IMG/VR virus record: IMGVR_UViG_3300044904_000056
Coordinates: 1-64,000 of that record
Direction: 5' to 3' (one strand)
DNA from: a virus
DNA length: 64,000 nucleotides
Shown: one piece after another, positions 21,801 through 29,327 of the stretch
Position numbering within the stretch: position 1 is the first letter of the stretch
Layout: each line of letters starts with the position of its first letter
Notes under the pieces: model-generated
Told to the model about the DNA's origin: nothing
What the model saw: only the letters and a program-made list of their open reading frames with translations
Databases searched by the model: none
Translations under genes and position numbers: made by a program

Positions 21801-22606
21801 GCGCACGGATTATGTGTCCATGCCTCGAATGCTTTACTGTGCATGTCGAGATAGTCAAAGTAATACAGCTGCTTGTTGTAAGGGCCAGCAATCAGCGGTG
21901 TGAATGGTGGGACCCTTCCGCCCGTTTCAAAGCTCATCCCTCCATCCCAGTCAGGCTGCAGGCTTCCTGTGAAGCCCCCAATATCACTTTCGCGGAAACG
22001 CTTCATCAAGACTTTGTCCCGCGCGTTGACAGCAGTTACCAGCTTGGGATTGAACCTAATGCCGATTGGTGTGCTCTGATCGGCTGCTTCCTTGAGCTTC
22101 GTTTTCTTCGCCATCCGTATGATCTGCTGCACGCTGGCTGCTGACTCACGGAGTCTCTTGTAGTGGTCACTCTTGATATACTCCACCATCGTGGGATAGT
22201 GTGCTTCGCGGAAGATGCCTTTACGCATCTGGTTCTCGGTGGAGATGATGAGCTTGGCATCGATGTCCATCACGACAGCTTCTCGGAGGTAGGTAATGCC
22301 GTTGCCTTGCGCCGTCTTGTCAATGTTACCAAAGTCCTTCAAGGATTGCAGGTAGGTGCCAGTATCAACCAGCCCAGGCATCATCGCAGCGTAAGGCTTC
22401 ATTTTCGGCTTCTCGTCTGCAAAAGAGAAGGTGTTTGTCAGGAGAGGCGCACCTTCATCGATGTAATCCTTGCCCGAATTGAAATCATCTTTCTTCTTTG
22501 TCTCTTTTGCGCGAGCCTCGATGATTTGCCGATGCTTCTCCGTAGTGAAAGGCAAAGCTCCGGTGATAGCTTTGCTGTTGCCAGGATTATTGACGCCTGT
22601 TGCCAT
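18821..22606 (-). CDS. Portal protein containing an intein
   Basis: NPCAKRIVDVIKQFTLGKG, FGEQFI, LDPSTI, EKRGRSQL motifs; downstream of terminase. Confidence 0.75.
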   Translation of the reverse strand: MATGVNNPGNSKAITGALPFTTEKHRQIIEARAKETKKKDDFNSGKDYIDEGAPLLTNTFSFADEKPKMKPYAAMMPGLVDTGTYLQSLKDFGNIDKTAQGNGITYLREAVVMDIDAKLIISTENQMRKGIFREAHYPTMVEYIKSDHYKRLRESAASVQQIIRMAKKTKLKEAADQSTPIGIRFNPKLVTAVNARDKVLMKRFRESDIGGFTGSLQPDWDGGMSFETGGRVPPFTPLIAGPYNKQLYYFDYLDMHSKAFEAWTHNPCAKRIVDVIKQFTLGKGVRLTVMRAEQKTGQMQPHPINGQPVPVYQDYTVACQDALDRHWMKNSLHTTSKQILQDLVIFGEQFIRYYDAPWGLRLRSLDPSTIWEVITDPDDVQNEFYCLSGPTKISLLDGRELSVRKARREFKRGKKLWAYSFDEERHLVVPGQITKVWKTGKRRCVKVTLDNGKSDIVSFDHPYLLRDGETYLNAEDLKPGMGLMPLYRKRGYEQVYQPDQGWEQTHQRVASEFRGWKKSIYKEHGIVIDHFDENQANNSPENIWLATVGENNAKARAFYTLRDPEHFAEYYAKISESKKKDWADGVYDDLPKPTPETIAKMHAGRDRSWKTKERRQLQSQSHKEFWADPLKRAKAVNAMRKAANSEKGEYIIRSPRLAQTKQERRLLASWHQERILAAQQSRAESIREYFQDPIYKERHRQKIKAAWKDPQKRERMLNRSYPQKHDDRGRFSNHKVVSVVPAGIHTVYDLTVERFHNFALSSGVFVHNCHQQYPTQYQWYVDLPIPTIKFIIRQIPALHYYHMKINVTSTEKRGRSQLFTVLGYLRRMKEYIDDRIVRNKMANLFVLDISVEGDAAAVQQVQQQFNTPPIPGSWFIHNKAAELKGVAAEIGASDTQADGDLILQFISMGSGISMRYLGGSGGEGGKAGAIVETEPDIKTFEDYQELMEQFFYQDAQRVFVRAAERKEIPGDLDIKVEATYPALAEENRSEKLKDLAFGESMSWWSHRRVAAAAAKEMQFTSYDYDEEQEEIANEDAQKEFLINTAYQQVTKGVDSMQQKAEGKAGGMAGGGSASGASGKGSSGMGFGRALASIRESREAPATAPGTSTYSGVSSFATTHNASTADGKRVPWPADPRDVATNIKREAANLRFERHAIGRRADRIETPDKIRDQRSLSGKVTDARKSLRSGNFNHESEVPIMRFPRERKRKREGMEPFKQQDGDRVQRPRVEHVEDHQGHPRGLGKRMTPQGFGASKQEEFSQ
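20303..21451 (-). mobile_element. Intein (383 aa) with HNH-type endonuclease
   Basis: Y|CLSGPTKISLLDG, DHPYL, VYDLTVERFHNFALSSGVFVHN|C; internal THQRVA...IDHFDENQANNSPENI. Confidence 0.92.
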
Positions 22607-22800
22607 GAAGTCCCTCAGCTAAATTTACCGCAACGGCAAGGCTTTGCCCGTCGCATCTTTACGTTGTAGAAACTCTCTCCAGTACAGTGCTGGAACGACT
22701 AGCAGTTTGCCCGTGTCCAGCCTCAATCGTACATCAGGCTCCCCCCGGTAGACAGGCAGGCGCGGTCCTCTTCTATGCTCAATAATTTGACTTGAAAACA

Positions 22801-23511
22801 TCACTTGAGAACTCCCAATACTTTGTTATACTGCTTGTCTGAAAATTTATTGTGTAAAAGAGGAATATGGATGACTTTCCAGCCTTCGTCTCGAAGATAT
22901 TTGTCTCTTTTGGAATGGTCTTTCCCTTTATGCCAATATTCGCCATCAATCTCTATAGCCGTCTTGGTGGGAAGATGGGCAATGTCTACTGAATATGTTC
23001 CTATATGGTATTCCAATTTGACCCCAGATACACCACCACAACAAAGTTTTCGGAAGAAAGATTTTTGAGGCCTAGATGTAGCATGTCCGCAAGCGCACGC
23101 CCGGAGCATCTTCTCTACAAATTTAGGGTCTTCCCATTGGCGATGTACACTTCTAAGCATCAGCTTTCGGTGCTTAACAGACTTCCATTGGCGATTGGCA
23201 GTTCTTTTTGAGACCAAACGTTGTTTACGTTTTCTTTCAGGATTCCTCCAACTCCTCTTCTGTGCATTAGACATCTTCTTTCGCCATTTAGGGTTCGACA
23301 GATTCCGTTTCGCAGTTTTAATCGCTGCTTCACTTCGATTTTTCTTGGCCTGCTCAGCTTCGGGAGAATTCCAGAATGCATCTCTCTTTTTTTGTGCAGC
23401 ACGACTACTAACTGCTTTACGCATCTTGTCCTGCCAAGCCTTAGTCCGCCAACGCCTTTTCAAAGAAGCTCTAATTGCCCTGTACCATTTTGCACTTCTT
23501 TGAACCATCAA
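22801..23511 (-). CDS. DUF559/Vsr-like endonuclease with basic helical repeats
   Basis: EYHIGTYSVDIA...IEIDGEYWH...RDKYLRDEGWKVIHI; paralog of 1333-1938. Confidence 0.75.
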   Translation of the reverse strand: MMVQRSAKWYRAIRASLKRRWRTKAWQDKMRKAVSSRAAQKKRDAFWNSPEAEQAKKNRSEAAIKTAKRNLSNPKWRKKMSNAQKRSWRNPERKRKQRLVSKRTANRQWKSVKHRKLMLRSVHRQWEDPKFVEKMLRACACGHATSRPQKSFFRKLCCGGVSGVKLEYHIGTYSVDIAHLPTKTAIEIDGEYWHKGKDHSKRDKYLRDEGWKVIHIPLLHNKFSDKQYNKVLGVLK

Positions 23512-23520
23512 ATCCTCTGA

Positions 23521-24189
23521 TCAATACACGCTTTTGAATACATCGAACTGGCTCCCTCCTGCAACTCCTACTCCAGGGATGTTCCACTTGCGCCCTGTAC
23601 CTCCCGCAATAGCGATAGAGAATCCTGGGCTGATTCCCCCCGCATATTCCTTCGCTACAAACTCTTCCCCTGTGCACATCAGGACTACGCCTACTATTGC
23701 GTCCACTGTATCATCATGATCCCCGTAGGGAAAGTCAACCGCTTCCCGCATAAAGCGTTTGAATGCTGGATGAGCCCCGATTTGACCGTTGGAATCCTTG
23801 ACTCCCCGGATGCGGACGCGGCCTGTCTCAAAATGCGGAGTTGCTAGCTGCGCCCGGTAGAGCTTGTCTCCTGTATACTTGACTGGGACAACTGGGACGC
23901 CTTGTTCGAATGCTGCCTGCCCAAGTGCCCACTGGAACGCCACATTTTCAATCCCAACCATCGAAGCATGCCAGTAGAGCCATTCCCTCTTGATTACGCG
24001 GACCTGCTCGGGGAAAGGTATCTGGGCTCGATACAGGTCCAGAAGATACACTAAGGCTTTGATGCGTTCTGCCGTTGCGATGACAAACCAGTCTGCTTTG
24101 ATTGACCCATCAGGATTCTTCCTGGCTTGCGGGTCCTTCTCACTCAACAGAGCGAGATCACAGAACTGACGTGGCTTGAGTGCTATCAA
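23521..24189 (-). CDS. terL: Terminase large subunit nuclease domain (stand-alone)
   Basis: QFCDLA, ADWFVIAT, GIENVAFQ, DKLYRA, FPYGDHDDTVDA. Confidence 0.8.
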   Translation of the reverse strand: MIALKPRQFCDLALLSEKDPQARKNPDGSIKADWFVIATAERIKALVYLLDLYRAQIPFPEQVRVIKREWLYWHASMVGIENVAFQWALGQAAFEQGVPVVPVKYTGDKLYRAQLATPHFETGRVRIRGVKDSNGQIGAHPAFKRFMREAVDFPYGDHDDTVDAIVGVVLMCTGEEFVAKEYAGGISPGFSIAIAGGTGRKWNIPGVGVAGGSQFDVFKSVY

Positions 24190-24372
24190 TTAGTGTCCGC
24201 GCAGGCGCGTGTCTTTCTTACCAGTCTTCCTCATATGTCTTTCAAGTGCTTCCACCCCTTTGAGAGAACGGCTTGCATACATAGATACTTGGTTGTCTTC
24301 ATCTGGAGCAAACCTAGAATCAGGTGGATGCTCAGTTTGCTTCTTCACCTCTGTCAACCGTTTGACTGCCAT
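24190..24372 (-). CDS. Hypothetical protein
   Basis: GAGGAG RBS; abuts the nuclease ORF. Confidence 0.5.
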   Translation of the reverse strand: MAVKRLTEVKKQTEHPPDSRFAPDEDNQVSMYASRSLKGVEALERHMRKTGKKDTRLRGH

Positions 24373-24565
24373 TCTTTTCCTCCTCTGTTAGGAACTCTTC
24401 TGAATGAAGTTCTTCAAAGCCATAGCTTTTTGGGTCTTGTTTAGGAATCCGAATTATGGTCTTGTCCACACCATGTCGAATTCGGACGTAGTTAGCAACA
24501 GAAGTCTCGGTCACGCTGACTCCACCAGGGACAATTTCACCAGGCCTACGGATTTGTACGTTCAT
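24332..24565 (-). CDS. Hypothetical protein
   Basis: ATGA-coupled to the upstream gene. Confidence 0.5.
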   Translation of the reverse strand: MNVQIRRPGEIVPGGVSVTETSVANYVRIRHGVDKTIIRIPKQDPKSYGFEELHSEEFLTEEEKNGSQTVDRGEEAN

Positions 24566-25086
24566 TGTATCTCCGGGAAGAAACCTTCAGAGATTCTCTG
24601 CTTGAGTGATTTCTTCTTTCCATTCTTCAGATATCGAGAACTGGTAGACTCGTGAGTCATCAAAGACTTGTAATGCTTTCCGTCTAGCCTGTTCATACTA
24701 CCATCTCCCCCGTTCTCCTGCCCTTGCTTGTTCTGGAAGTTCTTCGGATAGCGGATTGCCCGGTCGTCAATGTATAACTCTGCTGGAGGCTTGACGTTTG
24801 TGACTTGGGCCTTCACTCCTTGCTTCTTCAGCCAGTCAGAGATTTCGTCCTGCATCTTGATAGGACGCGCTGTTAAGACTACCAGCTTGTAGCCTTGCCT
24901 TACAATCTGCTTGGCTAGGTCAATCCCTGGCTTGAGAGGCTCACCAATCTTCGTAATCGGGTCTCCTGTCTCGTGATAAGCGAGTACACCATCGAAGTCC
25001 ATACAGGCGGTGTTCCCTAGCGGCTGCTTAGACTTCTTGAGGAGCTTGTTGATATGGTCTACAACTTGCTGACCTTGAAGAATCAT
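24562..25086 (-). CDS. HAD-superfamily phosphatase
   Basis: CMDFDGVL, LTAR, KPPAELYIDDRA; likely start MILQG at 25086. Confidence 0.75.
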   Translation of the reverse strand: MILQGQQVVDHINKLLKKSKQPLGNTACMDFDGVLAYHETGDPITKIGEPLKPGIDLAKQIVRQGYKLVVLTARPIKMQDEISDWLKKQGVKAQVTNVKPPAELYIDDRAIRYPKNFQNKQGQENGGDGSMNRLDGKHYKSLMTHESTSSRYLKNGKKKSLKQRISEGFFPEIQ

Positions 25087-25286
25087 ACGCTCCCACCTTT
25101 GTGACAAACGCAAGGGCAAGGACGCGTCAAAGGTTTCCCATCCCGCTTGCAGCCACAGCCTTGGCAAATACTTGCCACAAGAGAGCAGCTGCTGGATTTC
25201 GCAGCAGGCTTCTCGTTGAACTGATAAGGCTGCGTCTCATCTACCTGGGACAAAGGGGAGCGTTTCCTGAATTCGATTACACTCAT
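25083..25286 (-). CDS. Small Cys-rich hypothetical protein
   Basis: ATGA overlaps at both ends; CQGCGC...CPCVCH. Confidence 0.5.
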   Translation of the reverse strand: MSVIEFRKRSPLSQVDETQPYQFNEKPAAKSSSCSLVASICQGCGCKRDGKPLTRPCPCVCHKGGSV

Positions 25287-26488
25287 GCTGCCTCGCTTGT
25301 CTCTGGAATTAAATAAAAATAGCCGTCCTGGTCATTCTGCCAAATCTGCTCTGAATCGAAGAAGCGTAACCAATCAATATTGAATATTGCTCCTTCTTCA
25401 GCGCTAATCTCGTTCTGCTTCTCCCTATCGAACGATACGCTGCCCTGTGCTACTCTATCCATCAGCAGTTCCCGGATTCCCCACCCGAAAATTCTGGGCT
25501 TTCCATCAGGCTCGAATACCAACGCGCCGTCATCGTCAACTGCCTGGCTGCTAGGCCAAAGCACTTCGTAATCATCCGTCAGCAGCTCAACGTCAGTAAT
25601 CGTTTCCTCATACGTGATTTCGTGAAGGCCTCGGACATGTCGGCCACGGTCTGTAACGTAGAGCCAGCCCTGAATCATCTTGTCGGGTGCTGCTGGGTCC
25701 GGTATCATCGGGTACTTGATGACTGCCCGCTCGATGTTCTTCTTCCAGACAGGGGATTTGATGCAAGTGTTGTAGAGGTCCCGGCGATTCTTTCGTGTGC
25801 CCGTCATCCGTATCTTCGTGTAATTCTCACGGAGGTTCCAAATTGTGCCCCAGAACCAGTTTTCAATCGCGTCCATACGCTCGCTGGTCCTAGTATTTTC
25901 ATCGTCAAGGATGTCGTCTAGGTTAATATGGTCGAAGTGCGCCCCAGTGATTGCCCCGAGGACGCCTACCATTTCATAGGTATGGTCCTTCTCCGCCTTG
26001 TCAATGATTGTCCTTTGGCAATCGAATTCTCTCTGAAGCCAGTGGGACTGGTCGCGGATATCCCCAAAATCCTCCTTCAACCAGACGTTAGCATCGATGG
26101 TGCTCTGTGTCTGGCTAGCATATTTGAGTGCTGCCTTATCGGTCTTGGAGACTTGGAGGAATCGCTCCGTTACACTCTCACATTTTCCTCGGACCAGGTT
26201 CGCATAGATTTCATACAGCGGGGCACCATAGGAGAATATCCAGGACTTGCCGTGATCTCGGGGGGCTAACTCTAGAAGGAATTTGACGTTCCAGAGAGCA
26301 ATCCAGTTACGCTGGTGCAGAGGAAGTCTGAACCCAAGATAGTAGAGTAGGAAGAACTCAGGAGATTGCGGCACCAAGGCTCTCCGAAACTCTGGAGAGA
26401 TGTACCGCCGAATCAGCTGTCTGACTCCGTTGATGCCCTTTGCCTGGCTGATTTCGTCAACCAGTTTTTGCTTGTTGTTCTTCTTCAC
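25283..26488 (-). CDS. terL: Terminase large subunit ATPase domain
   Basis: LPLHQ, LAPRDHGKS (Walker A), TGAHFDHINLDDILD (Walker B), MTGTR, FDREKQN...GAIF. Confidence 0.85.
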   Translation of the reverse strand: MKKNNKQKLVDEISQAKGINGVRQLIRRYISPEFRRALVPQSPEFFLLYYLGFRLPLHQRNWIALWNVKFLLELAPRDHGKSWIFSYGAPLYEIYANLVRGKCESVTERFLQVSKTDKAALKYASQTQSTIDANVWLKEDFGDIRDQSHWLQREFDCQRTIIDKAEKDHTYEMVGVLGAITGAHFDHINLDDILDDENTRTSERMDAIENWFWGTIWNLRENYTKIRMTGTRKNRRDLYNTCIKSPVWKKNIERAVIKYPMIPDPAAPDKMIQGWLYVTDRGRHVRGLHEITYEETITDVELLTDDYEVLWPSSQAVDDDGALVFEPDGKPRIFGWGIRELLMDRVAQGSVSFDREKQNEISAEEGAIFNIDWLRFFDSEQIWQNDQDGYFYLIPETSEAA

Positions 26489-27134
26489 TTGCTCCCTGCG
26501 GTGGAGGAAGTTCCTTCAAGACTTTTACATCAATGATCTTCAGATGTTCTGCCGGGGCCTGTATGCCCTTTGCCTGCCCTAGTAGAGCCTCGATGAAGAG
26601 CTTGGTGGTGTTACTATCGAGGTGATGGGATACATCTATGGCTTCCTGAACCTGAATGGTACTCTTTACGTCCTTCTGGATATCGGTGCTCCGGCGGTAC
26701 TTCCCCCGGCCAGTTAGCAGCTTCTCCGCTGCGTTGTAGGCTAGATATGGGTCGCGGCTGCCTAGCGTTTCTTCTACAACGCGGATGGCCCTGCCTAGGT
26801 TACCGTCTAGCCGCATCTCAGAGTTCTCCCGAATCTTATGAGCATATCTTCGGAAATACTCCCGGAACAAGCGGTGCCCATTCAGCCAGCGATAATAGGT
26901 AGTCTGGCTGACCTTGTATTTCTTGAGGGCTTCTTGAATCGGAGCACCAGCAATAATCGTCTTGATGAGCTTCTTCATCCGAGGCGTTACAGTCTTCCAA
27001 CGCTTAGGCTGTAAGCCCATTGCCAGAATAGCCTTCGCACGCTTGTTGACTGTGAGATGTTGGAGATTCGGAATCGCCATGGGGTATTCCTCATACGTTC
27101 TGGGGAAGCGTTGGATTTTCTTTTCTTTCGACAC
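26457..27134 (-). CDS. terS: Putative terminase small subunit
   Basis: HTH ALKKYKVSQTTYYRWL plus helical oligomerisation region, directly upstream of TerL. Confidence 0.65.
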   Translation of the reverse strand: MSKEKKIQRFPRTYEEYPMAIPNLQHLTVNKRAKAILAMGLQPKRWKTVTPRMKKLIKTIIAGAPIQEALKKYKVSQTTYYRWLNGHRLFREYFRRYAHKIRENSEMRLDGNLGRAIRVVEETLGSRDPYLAYNAAEKLLTGRGKYRRSTDIQKDVKSTIQVQEAIDVSHHLDSNTTKLFIEALLGQAKGIQAPAEHLKIIDVKVLKELPPPQGASEEEQQAKTG

Positions 27135-27158
27135 AGAACCTCTCAGCCTAAGTTACCT

Positions 27159-27455
27159 TTAGGCAGAACTAGCAGAGCCAGAACTTTGAGGCTCATCCCT
27201 GTAGAATTTCCGCTGTAGGATATAGGCTGCTGCTGTAAGCTGGCCTATAACGTGGGAGGGCCGCATCGGAATTGCGACGTCACTATCCGCCATCTTTGAA
27301 ATCCATTCAACGTTCAGATTGCCCTTGGAGTCTTCTGTGATTTGGACTCTCAGCTGTGTACTCCGCAAGCCGAATTCCGTTACGGGTTTTGTCGGCTTCT
27401 CCTCCCGTGAGAATCGGACTTCTGGCTTCTTGTCTTCCTTGTTATTCTTTCCCAT
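27159..27455 (-). CDS. Hypothetical protein
   Basis: Likely start MGKNNK after AGGAG. Confidence 0.5.
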   Translation of the reverse strand: MGKNNKEDKKPEVRFSREEKPTKPVTEFGLRSTQLRVQITEDSKGNLNVEWISKMADSDVAIPMRPSHVIGQLTAAAYILQRKFYRDEPQSSGSASSA

Positions 27456-27493
27456 CGCTCTCCTTTTTGTGGTTCTGGTATCCTTGTTGAAGA

Positions 27494-27733
27494 CTACGGC
27501 AAACTTACGTCCGCTTTCAACGCCGTCACAAGACACTCCAATGAGCAAAAGTCTTCTCCTTGATCCTTCCATCCTACAGAGTGCATATAATTGCTGCCCT
27601 TTGCTCTTGGCCTTTCTAGCCAAACATTCAACTGACCCTTTAGCTGAAGCCAATTTTCGTGTCTTTGCTGCTCTTCGTTCTGAGATTCCTTGCCGCACAC
27701 GTTACAGATTGTTACCGTTTTCTTACTCATCAT
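27494..27733 (-). CDS. Zn-binding hypothetical protein
   Basis: CNVC...DFCSLECL. Confidence 0.55.
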   Translation of the reverse strand: MMSKKTVTICNVCGKESQNEEQQRHENWLQLKGQLNVWLERPRAKGSNYMHSVGWKDQGEDFCSLECLVTALKADVSLP

Positions 27734-28280
27734 TCCCCTTCTCTTTCCAAGCGTTGAACAATTCGCTAAAAAACTCCAACTCTACCGTGACCAAAGCACT
27801 GATATCGTGAGTTGCCCGAAGTTCAATCTGCCGCTGAGCTATCTTGTCTTTTGCTTTTCGGAGTGCCTTCTTGGTAAGCTTCCGCTCTAGCTCCGAAGAC
27901 ATCTTGAAATAGGACCCTTTCCGTTTCCGGTATTTTGCAAGGTACAGCTTGACGATTCTGTCCTTGTAGCTCTCTAGGTCCTTCTTCAGCGTTCCCCGGC
28001 GGGTGATCTTGGATGAAAATATGAGATGCTTGCCCTTCTGACAGTATTTCGTCTTGGCTTCAGCGAAGAATGCGTGAATGTTCAGCGTGCCCTTGCGCTT
28101 CTTGCATTCTATAGCGACTTGGCGAACTTTAGGATATCGCGTCCGGACCTTCTTGGGAAAGAGAACATCGTCAGCCTCTTTGCCATAGTTCTCCGTGGTG
28201 CGGAATCGGCGCTTGCCTCCTAGGGCTTCTGCTACCAATTTTTCAAACCCTTTCCAATCTGACTTGTTCACAACGTCCAC
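27723..28280 (-). CDS. PD-(D/E)XK nuclease, Holliday junction resolvase-like
   Basis: WKGFEKLVAEAL...ADDV...IECKKRK. Confidence 0.65.
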   Translation of the reverse strand: MDVVNKSDWKGFEKLVAEALGGKRRFRTTENYGKEADDVLFPKKVRTRYPKVRQVAIECKKRKGTLNIHAFFAEAKTKYCQKGKHLIFSSKITRRGTLKKDLESYKDRIVKLYLAKYRKRKGSYFKMSSELERKLTKKALRKAKDKIAQRQIELRATHDISALVTVELEFFSELFNAWKEKGNDE

Positions 28281-28672
28281 CGAGTGCGGCGTTTCACTTT
28301 GATCTTTCCCTTTGGGCTGAGTTTCCCTACATTCTGGTCCGCCTCGCGTAGCTTCTTGTTCTGTCTAACCCGCTTCCGCATAGCATGGTAGATTTTCCGA
28401 ACTTCTGCTCGGTCAATATCGTACTGCTCAGCAAGAGCCTTCCCCAGCCGTCTCGATTCGGCTGCGCTCCTGGATTTGATAAGAGTTTCGTACACAGCAC
28501 AATCACGCATTGCCTCTTCAATCTTAACTGTGCTAGGAATCTGCAGCGTAGTCCCTGCAAAGACTTGCAAGAGCTTTTCTGTGTTGCTGCTCCCAAACAT
28601 CTTGAAGAATTCATTGATCAAGGTGTTGGGGTAGAACAGCATCAACTTCGTGACGTTGAATGGCTTCTGCAT
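28268..28672 (-). CDS. Mor-like transcription activator
   Basis: LLQVFAGTTLQIP...RD...LAEQYDI...VRKI matches the Mor/C pattern. Confidence 0.6.
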   Translation of the reverse strand: MQKPFNVTKLMLFYPNTLINEFFKMFGSSNTEKLLQVFAGTTLQIPSTVKIEEAMRDCAVYETLIKSRSAAESRRLGKALAEQYDIDRAEVRKIYHAMRKRVRQNKKLREADQNVGKLSPKGKIKVKRRTRWTL

Positions 28673-29327
28673 TGTCCTTTGCCTGAAGAAGTTTCTTTCT
28701 GGTTACTACTAGCGTGTAGTCAATGTAGCCTTGAATGTCTCTCCGGTTGAGCCCTAGCATCCGTAACTCTCTTAGAACCTGAGTGCGCTTGTAGAACAGT
28801 TCACCGCTTGCTATTGACCTTCGGATGATACGGAGAGCTTTCGTATGCAATCTTTTTCTAGCGACTACAAAACCATTCGAGGCGAAAGCTATCGCCAGCG
28901 ATTTACTGATGGAGTTCAATATCAGCTGGTTCTCTGGGCTCTGGAATATGTTCTGCGGCTGCGACTCTGCCTCGTGGAGGACATCTTCATCAGTGGAGAG
29001 GCTCAGGTTTGTCTTGGACAGATATTCATTCTTGGATATCGCAAGATTTGAGATTACCGTCCATATAAATGCGAAAGCGTTGCTCCTTCCCGGCTGATAC
29101 TTGGGAAGAGCTTTGATAAGTTTCAGTGCCATTTCCTGGCGGAGGTCATTTTGCAAATCGGGCTGGCTGAAAAGATACCGCTTCTTAGCAATCACAGCAT
29201 CAATCAGAGGGAGAGAGCGCCTAACGATTTTGTTACGCAAATGCAGGTCCTTGGTATTCCTAGCATATCTATCAAGAAGGGCAGTCATCGCGGCATTGTT
29301 GAATCCCCACCGCCTGCGTTTGCTCAC
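28611..29327 (-). CDS. Sigma70-family-like phage sigma factor
   Basis: RNKIVRRSLPLIDAVI...DLRQEMALKLIKALPKYQP...AFAFIWTVISN (region 2). Confidence 0.7.
   Translation of the reverse strand: MSKRRRWGFNNAAMTALLDRYARNTKDLHLRNKIVRRSLPLIDAVIAKKRYLFSQPDLQNDLRQEMALKLIKALPKYQPGRSNAFAFIWTVISNLAISKNEYLSKTNLSLSTDEDVLHEAESQPQNIFQSPENQLILNSISKSLAIAFASNGFVVARKRLHTKALRIIRRSIASGELFYKRTQVLRELRMLGLNRRDIQGYIDYTLVVTRKKLLQAKDNAEAIQRHEVDAVLPQHLDQ

Noticed and set aside
24190-25282. Self-splicing intron interrupting terL
   Set aside because: The interval is filled by translationally coupled ORFs with no non-coding intron core visible.
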